Of a stretch of DNA of 64,000 nucleotides, positions 19,678-29,251 are shown one piece after another (the first letter of the stretch is position 1; each line of letters begins with the position of its first letter). A program made the translations under genes and the position numbers. The stretch is from a virus. Its lineage: Duplodnaviria > Caudoviricetes. The stretch lies in the IMG/VR virus record IMGVR_UViG_3300027863_000030, positions 1 through 64,000 of that record, one strand, 5' to 3'. The notes below the pieces were generated by a model that worked only from the letters and a program-made list of their open reading frames with translations, did no database searches and was not told where the DNA came from.

Positions 19678-20766
19678 ATGAATCAGATTCATATCGCAAC
19701 TTGGCTACTAACAAGAAGATGCAATCTTAAATGTTCCTACTGTAGGATAAGCAAAACGTATGCCAATGATCCATACTCAGTTAAAACTCTTCTAAAGACA
19801 GATATAGATTTTAGTTATCTTATTGATTCAATCTGTAGGATAAAATCTAATAACCCAGAATCTTATAACATATTCCTTGGAGGTGAGCCTACTCAGTATC
19901 GAGAACTCAAAGATCTGATCTTAAGGTGCAATAAAGAAAACATCCTCTATACAATTGTGTCGAATATGTCTGGTTCGTCTTTTGAAACGATTAAAGATTT
20001 GCTTGCTTCTTTGGATTATATAGATGGAATATCATTTTCTTTGGATCCTGTTGTATTTATGTCTTCTAGGAGAGGAGGAGATAGAACAAAGAAATCATCT
20101 AGCGCTTTACATTCTATAAAGTTTCTAATGAATCAAAGTGGCAAAAAAGTAAGGGATATTGTAGCGGAGGTTGTGTCAGACGCTAAGTCTTTGGCATTCC
20201 TTCCTGGATTGGTTTCTTATCTAACTAGAGCTGGGATTTGGTCTAGTATCTCAGTGGTTGAGTTTGGAGAAACGAACTATTATGATTTTGCGGAAACCTT
20301 AGATCCAAGACTTCTTATAAAACCTAGCAATGTCTCTAGGACAGTTTTTTCTTACATTCTCAAAGAAGCTAGGAAGGGCGAGTTAAAAGTTCTTGCTCAC
20401 GAGTCGCTTGTTGTTTTGATGGATTGTATAGAAAACCAAAAACCCTATATGTGCAATATCGAAGAAAATGCTAACAATTTGGTTATAGATTCTGATGGGT
20501 CTCTTCGATTGTGTCTTAGAATAAGGGGAATTGAAAGCACCAAGTTCAAAGTTACCGATATTTTGAATAAGGATGGCTCGATTCATGAGGAAAATATGAA
20601 TCGATTTAAAGATGCTCTTCGAAAAGATAAAGAATTATACTGTAAGGGCTGTTTGTGGACTTGTATGATGTTTTCAGATTTACTTGCTAACAAAACGATA
20701 CAACCAAAAGATATCCACCACTTATCTACTAAAGGGCTAGGATTGCTAGGCCCAAAAGAGAGATAA
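19678..20766 (+). CDS. Radical SAM protein with C-terminal Cys cluster (twitch/SPASM-like)
   Basis: CNLKCSYC, LGGEP, IDSDGSLRLC, CKGCLWTC. Confidence 0.88.
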   Translation: MNQIHIATWLLTRRCNLKCSYCRISKTYANDPYSVKTLLKTDIDFSYLIDSICRIKSNNPESYNIFLGGEPTQYRELKDLILRCNKENILYTIVSNMSGSSFETIKDLLASLDYIDGISFSLDPVVFMSSRRGGDRTKKSSSALHSIKFLMNQSGKKVRDIVAEVVSDAKSLAFLPGLVSYLTRAGIWSSISVVEFGETNYYDFAETLDPRLLIKPSNVSRTVFSYILKEARKGELKVLAHESLVVLMDCIENQKPYMCNIEENANNLVIDSDGSLRLCLRIRGIESTKFKVTDILNKDGSIHEENMNRFKDALRKDKELYCKGCLWTCMMFSDLLANKTIQPKDIHHLSTKGLGLLGPKER

Positions 20767-21253
20767 TACTAGTTAGAACAGATCTAAATTTTTCAAACTG
20801 GGCATCGCTTCTATATTCTTCTTTCATTGTGGCTTCGGAAACTGCGATGCTCCTCATCATTTCTAAGTTATTTTGTAAGAGGATGACTTTTAATTGTGTT
20901 GCCATTAGTATGTCGACTAAGGTGTTGTAGCTTTGTGTTAGATTTTTGCCTTGTTCTTGGAGATATTTTCTATTTTCTGCCAACTCCACAATAAATTTCA
21001 ATTGTTCCTCAGTGAAGAAAACCCCAGTCCTTCCATCGGGAAGGACGATGGGAGAAGCACCCTCCAGAATATTCTTTCCTTCATTTGATAGGTCTGGGAA
21101 TAGTTCTTTTTCGTTCTTCTTTTCATATTGCTGCACTGAGTCAATTTGTACAGGCGGAATATCGAATATAGTTGGTTTCTTAGGAGTGGTGGCACAACCA
21201 TACGTAAAGATTCCTATACAAGCAAATAGAAAAAAGTTTCTTACTGTTATCAT
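20729..21253 (-). CDS. Lipoprotein (o-spanin-like)
   Basis: Signal peptide with lipobox-like TYGC, coiled coil, hydrophobic C-terminus. Confidence 0.5.
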   Translation of the reverse strand: MITVRNFFLFACIGIFTYGCATTPKKPTIFDIPPVQIDSVQQYEKKNEKELFPDLSNEGKNILEGASPIVLPDGRTGVFFTEEQLKFIVELAENRKYLQEQGKNLTQSYNTLVDILMATQLKVILLQNNLEMMRSIAVSEATMKEEYRSDAQFEKFRSVLTSIISLLGLAILAL

Positions 21254-21260
21254 GGTGAAG

Positions 21261-21839
21261 TTACTCCTTTGATGAACTTTCTTTCTTTTTTCTAGGTCTA
21301 GTGGTTCTAGTTCTTGTTGTATTTAGTATGGTGGCGCTATTGTTGCTAAACTGGGTTCTTGTAATTCTTCTGCCTCTGGGCTTTGTAGTAGGCTTTGCAG
21401 GAGGTTTGCTAGTTGCCGCCTTTAATCTCTCTAACAAGGAGTCAATGGTTTCATTGTCCAAATCGCTTTTATGTTGCTCGTAGTCATCTAAGATTTCTTG
21501 CTCCTCTTTGGATAAGTTATCAAGTTTTTGTTTTAGGATTTCGATTTGATGGTTTAGTTCATTTATTTTCTGTTGGTTTGAGATAATTGTTCCTGGTTTG
21601 TCATCCCAGGGGCTTCCAGTTGGGGGCTTTATCGAAGATCCCCCTCCCCAACTACTAGAAGAACTTGTTGGTTTCTTTCTTCCTATAAGAAATGTAAGAA
21701 TAAAGACTATAGTCCCGATTCCTGCAACAATAACGATTTTAAATTTTTGTACTATCTCTTTTATTTTAGCTAGGACTCTTTTAATTCTCTCGATCATTTT
21801 CTTTCTAACTCCTTTCTTTTTTAGAGGGATTCTCCTCAT
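21261..21839 (-). CDS. Single-TM coiled-coil protein (i-spanin-like)
   Basis: TM IVIVAGIGTIVFILTFLI followed by a heptad coiled coil. Confidence 0.45.
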   Translation of the reverse strand: MRRIPLKKKGVRKKMIERIKRVLAKIKEIVQKFKIVIVAGIGTIVFILTFLIGRKKPTSSSSSWGGGSSIKPPTGSPWDDKPGTIISNQQKINELNHQIEILKQKLDNLSKEEQEILDDYEQHKSDLDNETIDSLLERLKAATSKPPAKPTTKPRGRRITRTQFSNNSATILNTTRTRTTRPRKKKESSSKE

Positions 21840-21842
21840 CTT

Positions 21843-22319
21843 TTATCTTCGAAGAGTGGTTAGTCCTGCTGTCTTGCTGACTATCTTATTGAACGTCGCA
21901 GGTGCAAAGCACATAGTTACTCCCAAAGGATACATGATAAAATCCCAGCCCTCTATGCTTTTCGTAATTGCTTGATAGATAAAGGCAGCAGTAAGAGTTA
22001 AGCTCACAAAAAAGGCAGTGCTTCTAGTTAAAGATAGAGTTCTTGGATCGATTTCTTTATCTCGAAGAAAGTTAATAGAACTAAGCTTACTTGGTTTTTC
22101 TTTTGGTTGCGGAGGAGGTTCTACACCTCGACATTCATAACATATTGTATCGCAACCCACAGAGTCAACTAGTTTTGAGAGCTTATCTATAAGTTGGTTT
22201 AAGTCAGATCCGATCTTTTCTCTAGTAGAATCTGGTTGTATGTCTTTGACGTCTATTTGTTGTATTTTCTTTGCTAGTAAGATGGTGTTTCTTAGAACAT
22301 GTAACTCATGGTCTTTCAT
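21843..22319 (-). CDS. Two-TM membrane protein (holin-like)
   Basis: SLTR motif followed by two hydrophobic helices and a basic C-terminus. Confidence 0.45.
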   Translation of the reverse strand: MKDHELHVLRNTILLAKKIQQIDVKDIQPDSTREKIGSDLNQLIDKLSKLVDSVGCDTICYECRGVEPPPQPKEKPSKLSSINFLRDKEIDPRTLSLTRSTAFFVSLTLTAAFIYQAITKSIEGWDFIMYPLGVTMCFAPATFNKIVSKTAGLTTLRR

Positions 22320-22341
22320 TTTCTATTTACATCCTCCCAGT

Positions 22342-23409
22342 CTATACTTGAAGCAAAGAAATATCTTTTAGATTGACTTCTTTGTCTGGTCTTTCTCGTA
22401 AGAAAGATAGCATACTAAACTTTGCTGACATATGGAAGCCTGTTATTTTGTAACATGTTTTGGAAGAATCATATGCAAGTTCGTAAAATGGTTCTTTAAG
22501 AACCCGTCTATACGCAACTTCAATAACTTTTTGAGGTCTTACAAAGAGCTCTTCTTTCATTATTCGTCTAAAGTTTGTATCTATTCTTCCTTCGCAGATA
22601 GAAACTTGATTCTCTTGTCCCCAATCAAAAAGTCTCTTTCTTAACTTAGAAGAAAACCCAGTTCCAATTTTAGTGCTTAAAACAAAGCGGTTTTCGTTAG
22701 TTAAGAAGGCAATTCTTATGAAAGAAATCTCTCCTCTATTCCAGAGGTTAGATTCTTTGTTTCCTATGGATACAATAACACAATCTACGGTTGGAGTTAT
22801 TTTGATTCGGAACAACCGGTTATCACTTCGAGAATTGTACCTAGCTACGACTCCTTCTAATTTGTTCTTGACAACGTAATCAAATAGAACTTTGAATTCA
22901 TTTGCTCCACCATAACTCCATATTGGCAGACTTAGGTTTGAACTGTGAGAAGAAGAGATTGGTTCTAAGAATTCCTCTAACTCAAAGAATGGAACGTTTT
23001 CTAATCGAATTCCTTGAATCTCTCCTATATCAAATACAAAATAATGAACTTGGGATAAATCTCCAGTTCTAATTATAGATAGGGTCTTATTGAATGGGAG
23101 TTGGTTACCTCTAGAATCTAGGGCAACTAACTCCCCAACAAGACTAAATGACTTTCCTCCCTTCTTACTAGATAGATAAAGAAGGCTTTCCTCGAAAGGA
23201 AACTTCTCTCTTTCTATGACAAGACCATTTCTGCTAAAAACGATGACCTTTTTCTGGTCGGGAAACACAGTCGCCGAGGCTAGGATACCATCGTATTTAA
23301 CAGAAAAAAACATATTCTTAATATTTTTTTCTAGTAGGTAAGATACAAATTCTGAGTTTGAGAAGTTAATGAATCTATGTGATTCTTTCCAATTTTTAGC
23401 TGTGTACAT
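22342..23409 (-). CDS. ATP-dependent DNA ligase
   Basis: KYDG, GELV, FVFDI, EGVV, RIK, IGTGFS, RERPDK. Confidence 0.9.
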   Translation of the reverse strand: MYTAKNWKESHRFINFSNSEFVSYLLEKNIKNMFFSVKYDGILASATVFPDQKKVIVFSRNGLVIEREKFPFEESLLYLSSKKGGKSFSLVGELVALDSRGNQLPFNKTLSIIRTGDLSQVHYFVFDIGEIQGIRLENVPFFELEEFLEPISSSHSSNLSLPIWSYGGANEFKVLFDYVVKNKLEGVVARYNSRSDNRLFRIKITPTVDCVIVSIGNKESNLWNRGEISFIRIAFLTNENRFVLSTKIGTGFSSKLRKRLFDWGQENQVSICEGRIDTNFRRIMKEELFVRPQKVIEVAYRRVLKEPFYELAYDSSKTCYKITGFHMSAKFSMLSFLRERPDKEVNLKDISLLQV

Positions 23410-24265
23410 CTTCTTTTATCTTTCGAACAGCCATTAGTACAGTGGCTTCCCCTTTTTGTATAGTTGATTGCTCAGCAACTATGTGTAAAGAAATCTTTTG
23501 TCTTTGTTTGCATAGAAAGTTTCCTTTGAATTCTGTTATGACATTAGTTCTGATCTTTTCTAAGAATTCGTTAAATTCTTGTTTCTGTTCTGGAACGGGA
23601 ACTAAGATATCTTGAATCTTCTTGTTTTTCTTTGTCAAAGAAAAGAATTTACTCAAATTCCTACTGTAATCTAAAATACCGTATCTATCTATGGAGATGA
23701 CTATAAAAAAGAAGTCTGTATCTTCATCCGCTAGCCTTATCATAGCTTCTTGTTTTCGAGTATATTCTTTTACGGCGGCTAGAATTTTGCTTTGGTCAAG
23801 CAAGGCTTTAAAGATTACTCCATCTGGGCATCCCGGCCAATCTTTTACAAATAGTTGGGATACAATGAAGTGCTTTCCAAATGTCTCACTATAACATTGC
23901 CAAATCAAAGGATCTTGGTATGAGGTTTGCTCATTGTGACAAAACGCACAAGTAGTCTTGGATCCATGTAATATGGTAAAACAGGGTTTATCTAAGATTG
24001 TTTTCGTTTCAGAACCAAACCTACTTACTATTTTTCTAGCTTCTTCTAAGAAGGGCTTATTAGCATATTTGATTTGTCTTGTTTTATAGTCGCAAACATA
24101 TACGAAAAGGGGTAGCATATCTAAAAGGCGTTTGAGTAATTGAAATTGAATACTTATTTCTTTATTTGGTCCTTTTAGATTGTTTGTCAGATCTTTAAGC
24201 TTAGATAAATTTCTTCGTCTTTCTTTTTTGATCTCTCCTTTACGACTTTTTAGAAGATTGAACAT
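23396..24265 (-). CDS. Stand-alone PAS-domain protein
   Basis: LLDMLPLFVYVCDYKTRQIKYANK and CFTILHGSKTTCAFC; a second PAS-like segment follows; no output domain. Confidence 0.7.
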   Translation of the reverse strand: MFNLLKSRKGEIKKERRRNLSKLKDLTNNLKGPNKEISIQFQLLKRLLDMLPLFVYVCDYKTRQIKYANKPFLEEARKIVSRFGSETKTILDKPCFTILHGSKTTCAFCHNEQTSYQDPLIWQCYSETFGKHFIVSQLFVKDWPGCPDGVIFKALLDQSKILAAVKEYTRKQEAMIRLADEDTDFFFIVISIDRYGILDYSRNLSKFFSLTKKNKKIQDILVPVPEQKQEFNEFLEKIRTNVITEFKGNFLCKQRQKISLHIVAEQSTIQKGEATVLMAVRKIKEDVHS

Positions 24266-24282
24266 AGTAAATCTCTCTCAAA

Positions 24283-24501
24283 CTAGAGCTTTGGTAACAG
24301 AAATTTAGTAGCAAAAGGAATAAGTAATGACATAATCACAGAAATTACAGATACTAGCGCGCCGACTTTGACAAGCAATACGACAACTTTTTCTCTCAGA
24401 TCAATTAGTTCATCTTCCAGGGTATCAATATCATTAGATAGTCGCTCTAGCTCTTTTAGAACGTATTTGCTCCACTCGTTCCAACTTCCGTTTGTGTCCA
24501 C
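24283..24501 (-). CDS. Small coiled-coil plus TM protein
   Basis: WNEWSKYVLKELERL...; C-terminal hydrophobic helix. Confidence 0.6.
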   Translation of the reverse strand: MDTNGSWNEWSKYVLKELERLSNDIDTLEDELIDLREKVVVLLVKVGALVSVISVIMSLLIPFATKFLLPKL

Positions 24502-24556
24502 GTTATTATATCTTTACTCCTTTTTTGTATCTTATAGTACTAAGATTTTTTATGTA

Positions 24557-24790
24557 CTATTCTATATGGTGCAAGTTACAAAATATATCCATATCTATGT
24601 AGTTTGTTTCTGATTCCGTCTCATTGCGTTGGTCTGTTTGATTGTTTTGGGATTCTGGTAATATTAAATTAAGAAGATTGGAAAGCTCCTTGTGTATTTT
24701 CTTTCTCTCCTCCCTCCTTCTATGTACTTTCTCTCTCGTTAAAGTTCCAGAGAGTGCTTTTTCTACTGCTTTTTCAAATAGTTCTAACAT
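24557..24790 (-). CDS. Hypothetical protein
   Basis: AGGAG RBS; last gene after the radical SAM cluster. Confidence 0.5.
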   Translation of the reverse strand: MLELFEKAVEKALSGTLTREKVHRRREERKKIHKELSNLLNLILPESQNNQTDQRNETESETNYIDMDIFCNLHHIE

Positions 24791-24823
24791 ATCTCATTCT
24801 CCTTTTTTCTTATAGAAAATTGA

Positions 24824-25804
24824 CTAGTTTTTATTGTTTTCTAAGTACATTGCCTCTTTATATTGCCTAGATTTAAGGCCTTTAGTTTTAAGTGCGTAAG
24901 TTACGCACTTAGAATATTTCCTAAACATGGATTCAATAAATCTAAGTTCTGAACTTGTGGTTATATCTTCTGGGTTGCTTTGGATGGTTCGTGCTCTTTC
25001 GTTTAGATAAGATCTAATATCAAAAAGAACACACATTGGGTCTATTCCCAGCATTTGCAAGAAGTCTTGATTACCACAAGAAATAGTATTAAATTGCCTT
25101 ACGTCTCTAATGCTTTGAGCAATCGCTCGTTTAATATGGTACTCATCTTCTTTTTCTTCAAATTTAGATTCATCCCAATTCTCTAAACCATATGTTTCGC
25201 AAATTTCATTGTATGCTTTCTGAAAGATGTAAACCTCTTTTAATGCTCCTTCTATATAGATTCTGGAGTCGGTGATTCCAGATTCAATTTCTTCTATACT
25301 AACTTTTAGTTTTGCCAGCTGAATTTGCTTTCTCACAATTTCATCTGGGTCGGAAACTTCTTGTTTTGAGAGGACTTCGTATTCATGTAGTTTTTCTAGC
25401 AAGTCTAAAACTTGTCGTTTTAACTTAAAGTTAGCCTCTCTAAGAGCCATCCTTCTATTCTCAACTTCGGCGATTATTTGCATTAAGTTTCGTTCTGGTG
25501 TTGAGTGATGAATTGTAAGTAAAAGTCTAGTAAACTGGGAATCCCTTCGGCCAAATATATTGCTAGCCCTATTGATTTCATCCATTCCCTGAGCAACTTC
25601 TTCTAATTTATCTGGAGTAAAGACTTTGAGTTCGAATTTCTTCTCAACAAATGACCTTGTTGTTATTCGATTGAATACCGTATCGGAAACCTGGGATTCT
25701 GCTAAGGATTCGACTAGTTTCGTTAGAGAATTCCTTGTGGTACTAGGAAGAAGTTCGTTCTTTAAGATATCTGACCACTCAGTTGAGATTGTTTCTTTTT
25801 CCAC
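24824..25804 (-). CDS. Coiled-coil phage protein in the fibre/radical SAM operon
   Basis: QIIAEVENRRMALRE...IEGALKE...WDESKFEEKEDEYH; starts 5 nt after the rSAM stop. Confidence 0.7.
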   Translation of the reverse strand: MEKETISTEWSDILKNELLPSTTRNSLTKLVESLAESQVSDTVFNRITTRSFVEKKFELKVFTPDKLEEVAQGMDEINRASNIFGRRDSQFTRLLLTIHHSTPERNLMQIIAEVENRRMALREANFKLKRQVLDLLEKLHEYEVLSKQEVSDPDEIVRKQIQLAKLKVSIEEIESGITDSRIYIEGALKEVYIFQKAYNEICETYGLENWDESKFEEKEDEYHIKRAIAQSIRDVRQFNTISCGNQDFLQMLGIDPMCVLFDIRSYLNERARTIQSNPEDITTSSELRFIESMFRKYSKCVTYALKTKGLKSRQYKEAMYLENNKN

Positions 25805-25808
25805 TTTT

Positions 25809-28124
25809 CTACTCTCCTTCGTTTTGTATATATTCTTGAGCTAACATTGAAAATGTGCTTTTTATCAAATTACATTGAGGATCTTTTTCGTTTATAGATT
25901 TTGAGTGCAAGAAACTATTTGCAATACATCCTCCATTACAAAAAATCTGAATCTTACATTTCTTACAGTCATTAGGAAGATCTCTTGTTAGTAAAGATTC
26001 GTATAGACTTGATCCTAACAGAATTTCTTCTAGAGATGAGTTCATGATGTTTCCAAAGGAGCAAAAATTGCTTCCGCACGGGATTACCTCTCCAGTAGGA
26101 GCAATTGAAATTTCTGCTCCAGAAGTAAAGGCGCAATAAGATGGTTTTCTTAGCTTATATAATGATTTTAACATATTTAGAAATGGGAAAAATGTTACCC
26201 CACCCAAAGGAATTCTATTCTTAGAGCATATTGTATAGAGTTTAGCAACATTCTTTGCGACTTCGTAATATAGAGATGAAGGAAGGAAATCTTCAGCAGA
26301 GGAGATTTTGTTAGCAAATTGTAGGCTAATACCAATATTCTGTTTGGGATTGGAAGAAAATATGTTGGTGCTTTTTTGAATTACATATTCATATAAGTTT
26401 TCTAATGAGGAATAGTTAGCGGTAGTAATGGTTGAGCAGATAGAGGTTGTTATTTTTTGCCTTGTTTTAGCATCTAGTTTCTCTAAGTACCTAATGTAGT
26501 TATCTAAATTACAATCTATAATTTCTGTGGTGGGGCGACCGGATTTAAGTTTTCGAAATCTATTCATATCTTCGTTTGGACCGTCTAAACTAATTCCAAT
26601 AGAAATAGAATAGGGGAGACATTCTTCGATTATTTCTTGGAAGTCTAGCAAACCATTCGTTGTTAAGTTAAAGACGAGCTCATTTTCTGAAATCTGATAT
26701 TTGCTTGCTTCCTTTTTTGCTTGTCGAATAGCAAGGAGACATAAATCGGGTCGAATTAAAGGTTCTCCCCCAAATAATCTGATTACTATAGGTTCTGATC
26801 TTAAAACATTTCGAGCAACGATGTTGAAGAAATCTTCAATGCTTTTACAGATAATAGTTTCTGACATATGTTGACCGGTGGTACATTCTTCTTTTTCATA
26901 GCAATATGAACACGCCATATTACATCTATTGGTAATGAGTAAACGCAAGCTATGTAAATTTCTAGTAAAAAGAAACTTACTATTAGTACTCGGCGAATCT
27001 GTTATGATAGGAGAGTTGTCTTCTAGTTGTGAGATGGGAATTCCTACGTATCCCTTTCTAATTAAGTTAGAAAGAACCCTTGAATCATACCTGCTGTCTA
27101 GATCTAAGGAGTATCTTGGTTCTTTTGGGTTTGATGCTATGAGAGAAATAGTTTTCTTATCCGCTAGAACAGATAATTTTCTTGGTTGATATAAAAGAAC
27201 TGTGTCCTTATGGCTGCTTGATATGCTTACAATCCTGCTTTCAGATGAGTTAGTAAATTGGAGCTGAGTAATTGGATCCAACCCCGTACTATGAATCCAT
27301 TGCTCATATAAGTTAGGTAAGTTAATGGAGAAATCTTTATTTAAGATCTCTTCTATTTCTTGGTAAGATGGTGCTTGTTTGCTTGCTATGCTAAGAGCAT
27401 AGAAAAAGTTGAGCCAGTCTGTTTTCTTCATTAGGAAGCTAATAAAAGATGCATACCCACCATATAGATCTTTTACCTGAGAAGGATTGGAAACTAAACT
27501 AATTGGGGCTATATTAAGAATTGATATTAAGCGAGTAATATCATATGATATGCAATACTTGGGTGCAGGAACATTCTGTAAAGAAAAGAACTCACACACT
27601 CCTTCTTCGAACCAAAATGGTAAGTTTATTATGCCAAGACTTTTTAGATAACAATGAAAGAGTTCATGTCGAAGTCTTGGCTCTGAAAATTGTAAATCTT
27701 CTAAACTGCTTTTTATGAGCAAGCGGCGGCCCTTAGTGGTAACTGCGACCCAGTTTCGAAACTCATAATTAAATAGAAGATCATGACGGAGAAACAAACT
27801 AAAGACTTCTGGGGTCAATAAAATGACTTTTGCCTTGTGAGCAGGAGATATAAGGAGGGGAACTAATTCTGGACATTCTTTACAAAGGATCCTTTGGATA
27901 GTTAGACCCAAATGCTTTAGTTCATTTTGTTTCTGGACGACTATGTTTTGAATCTTATCTTTTTGGTTAGCTTCGCATATGAGAACGATGTCAAATAACC
28001 AACTTCCTATAATAAGTCGAGAATCTAACTTAGTTTCGTATATGGATGGATCTAGACCAAAGCATTTACATAGATCTAAGATTGTTTCATTATCATTAGG
28101 AAGTTGGTTAGTATGAAGAATCAT
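25809..28124 (-). CDS. Peptidase MA-like (HExxH) domain fused to radical SAM/SPASM maturase
   Basis: RHELFH...WFEEG; CNMACSYC, FGGEP, TTNG, ISLDG; SPASM YCAF...PTGEVIPC...CKKCKIQIFCNGGC...C; ATG 28124 overlaps the upstream stop (ATGA). Confidence 0.88.
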   Translation of the reverse strand: MILHTNQLPNDNETILDLCKCFGLDPSIYETKLDSRLIIGSWLFDIVLICEANQKDKIQNIVVQKQNELKHLGLTIQRILCKECPELVPLLISPAHKAKVILLTPEVFSLFLRHDLLFNYEFRNWVAVTTKGRRLLIKSSLEDLQFSEPRLRHELFHCYLKSLGIINLPFWFEEGVCEFFSLQNVPAPKYCISYDITRLISILNIAPISLVSNPSQVKDLYGGYASFISFLMKKTDWLNFFYALSIASKQAPSYQEIEEILNKDFSINLPNLYEQWIHSTGLDPITQLQFTNSSESRIVSISSSHKDTVLLYQPRKLSVLADKKTISLIASNPKEPRYSLDLDSRYDSRVLSNLIRKGYVGIPISQLEDNSPIITDSPSTNSKFLFTRNLHSLRLLITNRCNMACSYCYEKEECTTGQHMSETIICKSIEDFFNIVARNVLRSEPIVIRLFGGEPLIRPDLCLLAIRQAKKEASKYQISENELVFNLTTNGLLDFQEIIEECLPYSISIGISLDGPNEDMNRFRKLKSGRPTTEIIDCNLDNYIRYLEKLDAKTRQKITTSICSTITTANYSSLENLYEYVIQKSTNIFSSNPKQNIGISLQFANKISSAEDFLPSSLYYEVAKNVAKLYTICSKNRIPLGGVTFFPFLNMLKSLYKLRKPSYCAFTSGAEISIAPTGEVIPCGSNFCSFGNIMNSSLEEILLGSSLYESLLTRDLPNDCKKCKIQIFCNGGCIANSFLHSKSINEKDPQCNLIKSTFSMLAQEYIQNEGE

Positions 28125-29251
28125 TTTGTGATTTCTTTCCCTTTGTTTACCCAAGAAGGGGTTTTGTTTCTTTCTTTGTACATACAGATAATAAATGAGC
28201 ACAATGTATTTTGTTTCTTCTCTTTGTAAGTATCTTTACCAAGGTGATAATCAGAAAATGCTATTCCAAAACCTCTACACCATGTATATGCTTCGCAAGA
28301 AGAACATCTTTCGTAGGAGTTTTTGTCTAGATCTATGGCTAGTTCTTGGCTTGTTGTAAAGGTGGGGAGAATAGATTCTTTTTGTTGTATGATAGCATTC
28401 TTTATTGGTATAACAGAATTTTGAGATCGAAGCGTTCCGTCTGGGTCAATTTCTATTGAAAAAATAGTTTCATGGTACAATTGAGGATCTCCCCAACGCC
28501 CAATACTAATACTAGATTGTTTGCATCTTTGTATTAGTTCATGGAAATTTTGAGCAGCTTTTGGTATAATTTTTTCTTGTTGCTTTCCATCGTCTTCTAA
28601 AACTGCGAATTCAATCGCTGCCCCGCTAATTCCCAATTCCTTAAGACCAGAATAGAAAGAATCTAAGAACTCGTAATTTAGTAACGTACTAAAAGAGATA
28701 CACGAATTGATTTGTATTCTTGTGGGAGGAAACCCACTTGATATCATAAAGCGCAAAGAACTAAGAACATCATAAAAAGATAGTCTTCCGCCTTTCTTAT
28801 ATTTTCTATTGTAATTGAATTGACTTCGAAATCCATCTAAACTAACATGGAGCCTTAGATTTGGAACCTCTTTAAGAAAATCGATATGATCCTTTCTTAT
28901 AAGAGTTCCATTCGTATTTATTACTGGCATCCATGTTAGAAGAGGATTGTGTTTTCTAAGAAAGACTTCTTGACATGCTTCTTTTATTGCCTTCCAATTA
29001 AGGAAAGGCTCTCCGCCATAAAATGAAACTCTACAAAAAATTGGTCCTTGTATGCTCGAAATTTTATCAAGATCAGAGCTTATTCGTTTTAAGTATCCAA
29101 GTAAGATATCTGAACGCATAAGTCTTTTTGTAACTGGACGAGTTTTATTCCAAAGATTTTGAACGTGACAATATGTACATGCTTGGTTGCATAGATAAGT
29201 TACAATGAATCTAACCGAGGCCCTTATATGGTAAGTTTCTTTACTAGTCAC
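28121..29251 (-). CDS. Radical SAM protein (anSME/SPASM-related, partial SPASM)
   Basis: CNQACTYC, FYGGEPFL, NTNGTLI, SLDG, CSSCEAYTWC; probable GTG start at 29251 with GGAG RBS, overlapping the fibre stop. Confidence 0.85.
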   Translation of the reverse strand: MTSKETYHIRASVRFIVTYLCNQACTYCHVQNLWNKTRPVTKRLMRSDILLGYLKRISSDLDKISSIQGPIFCRVSFYGGEPFLNWKAIKEACQEVFLRKHNPLLTWMPVINTNGTLIRKDHIDFLKEVPNLRLHVSLDGFRSQFNYNRKYKKGGRLSFYDVLSSLRFMISSGFPPTRIQINSCISFSTLLNYEFLDSFYSGLKELGISGAAIEFAVLEDDGKQQEKIIPKAAQNFHELIQRCKQSSISIGRWGDPQLYHETIFSIEIDPDGTLRSQNSVIPIKNAIIQQKESILPTFTTSQELAIDLDKNSYERCSSCEAYTWCRGFGIAFSDYHLGKDTYKEKKQNTLCSFIICMYKERNKTPSWVNKGKEITK

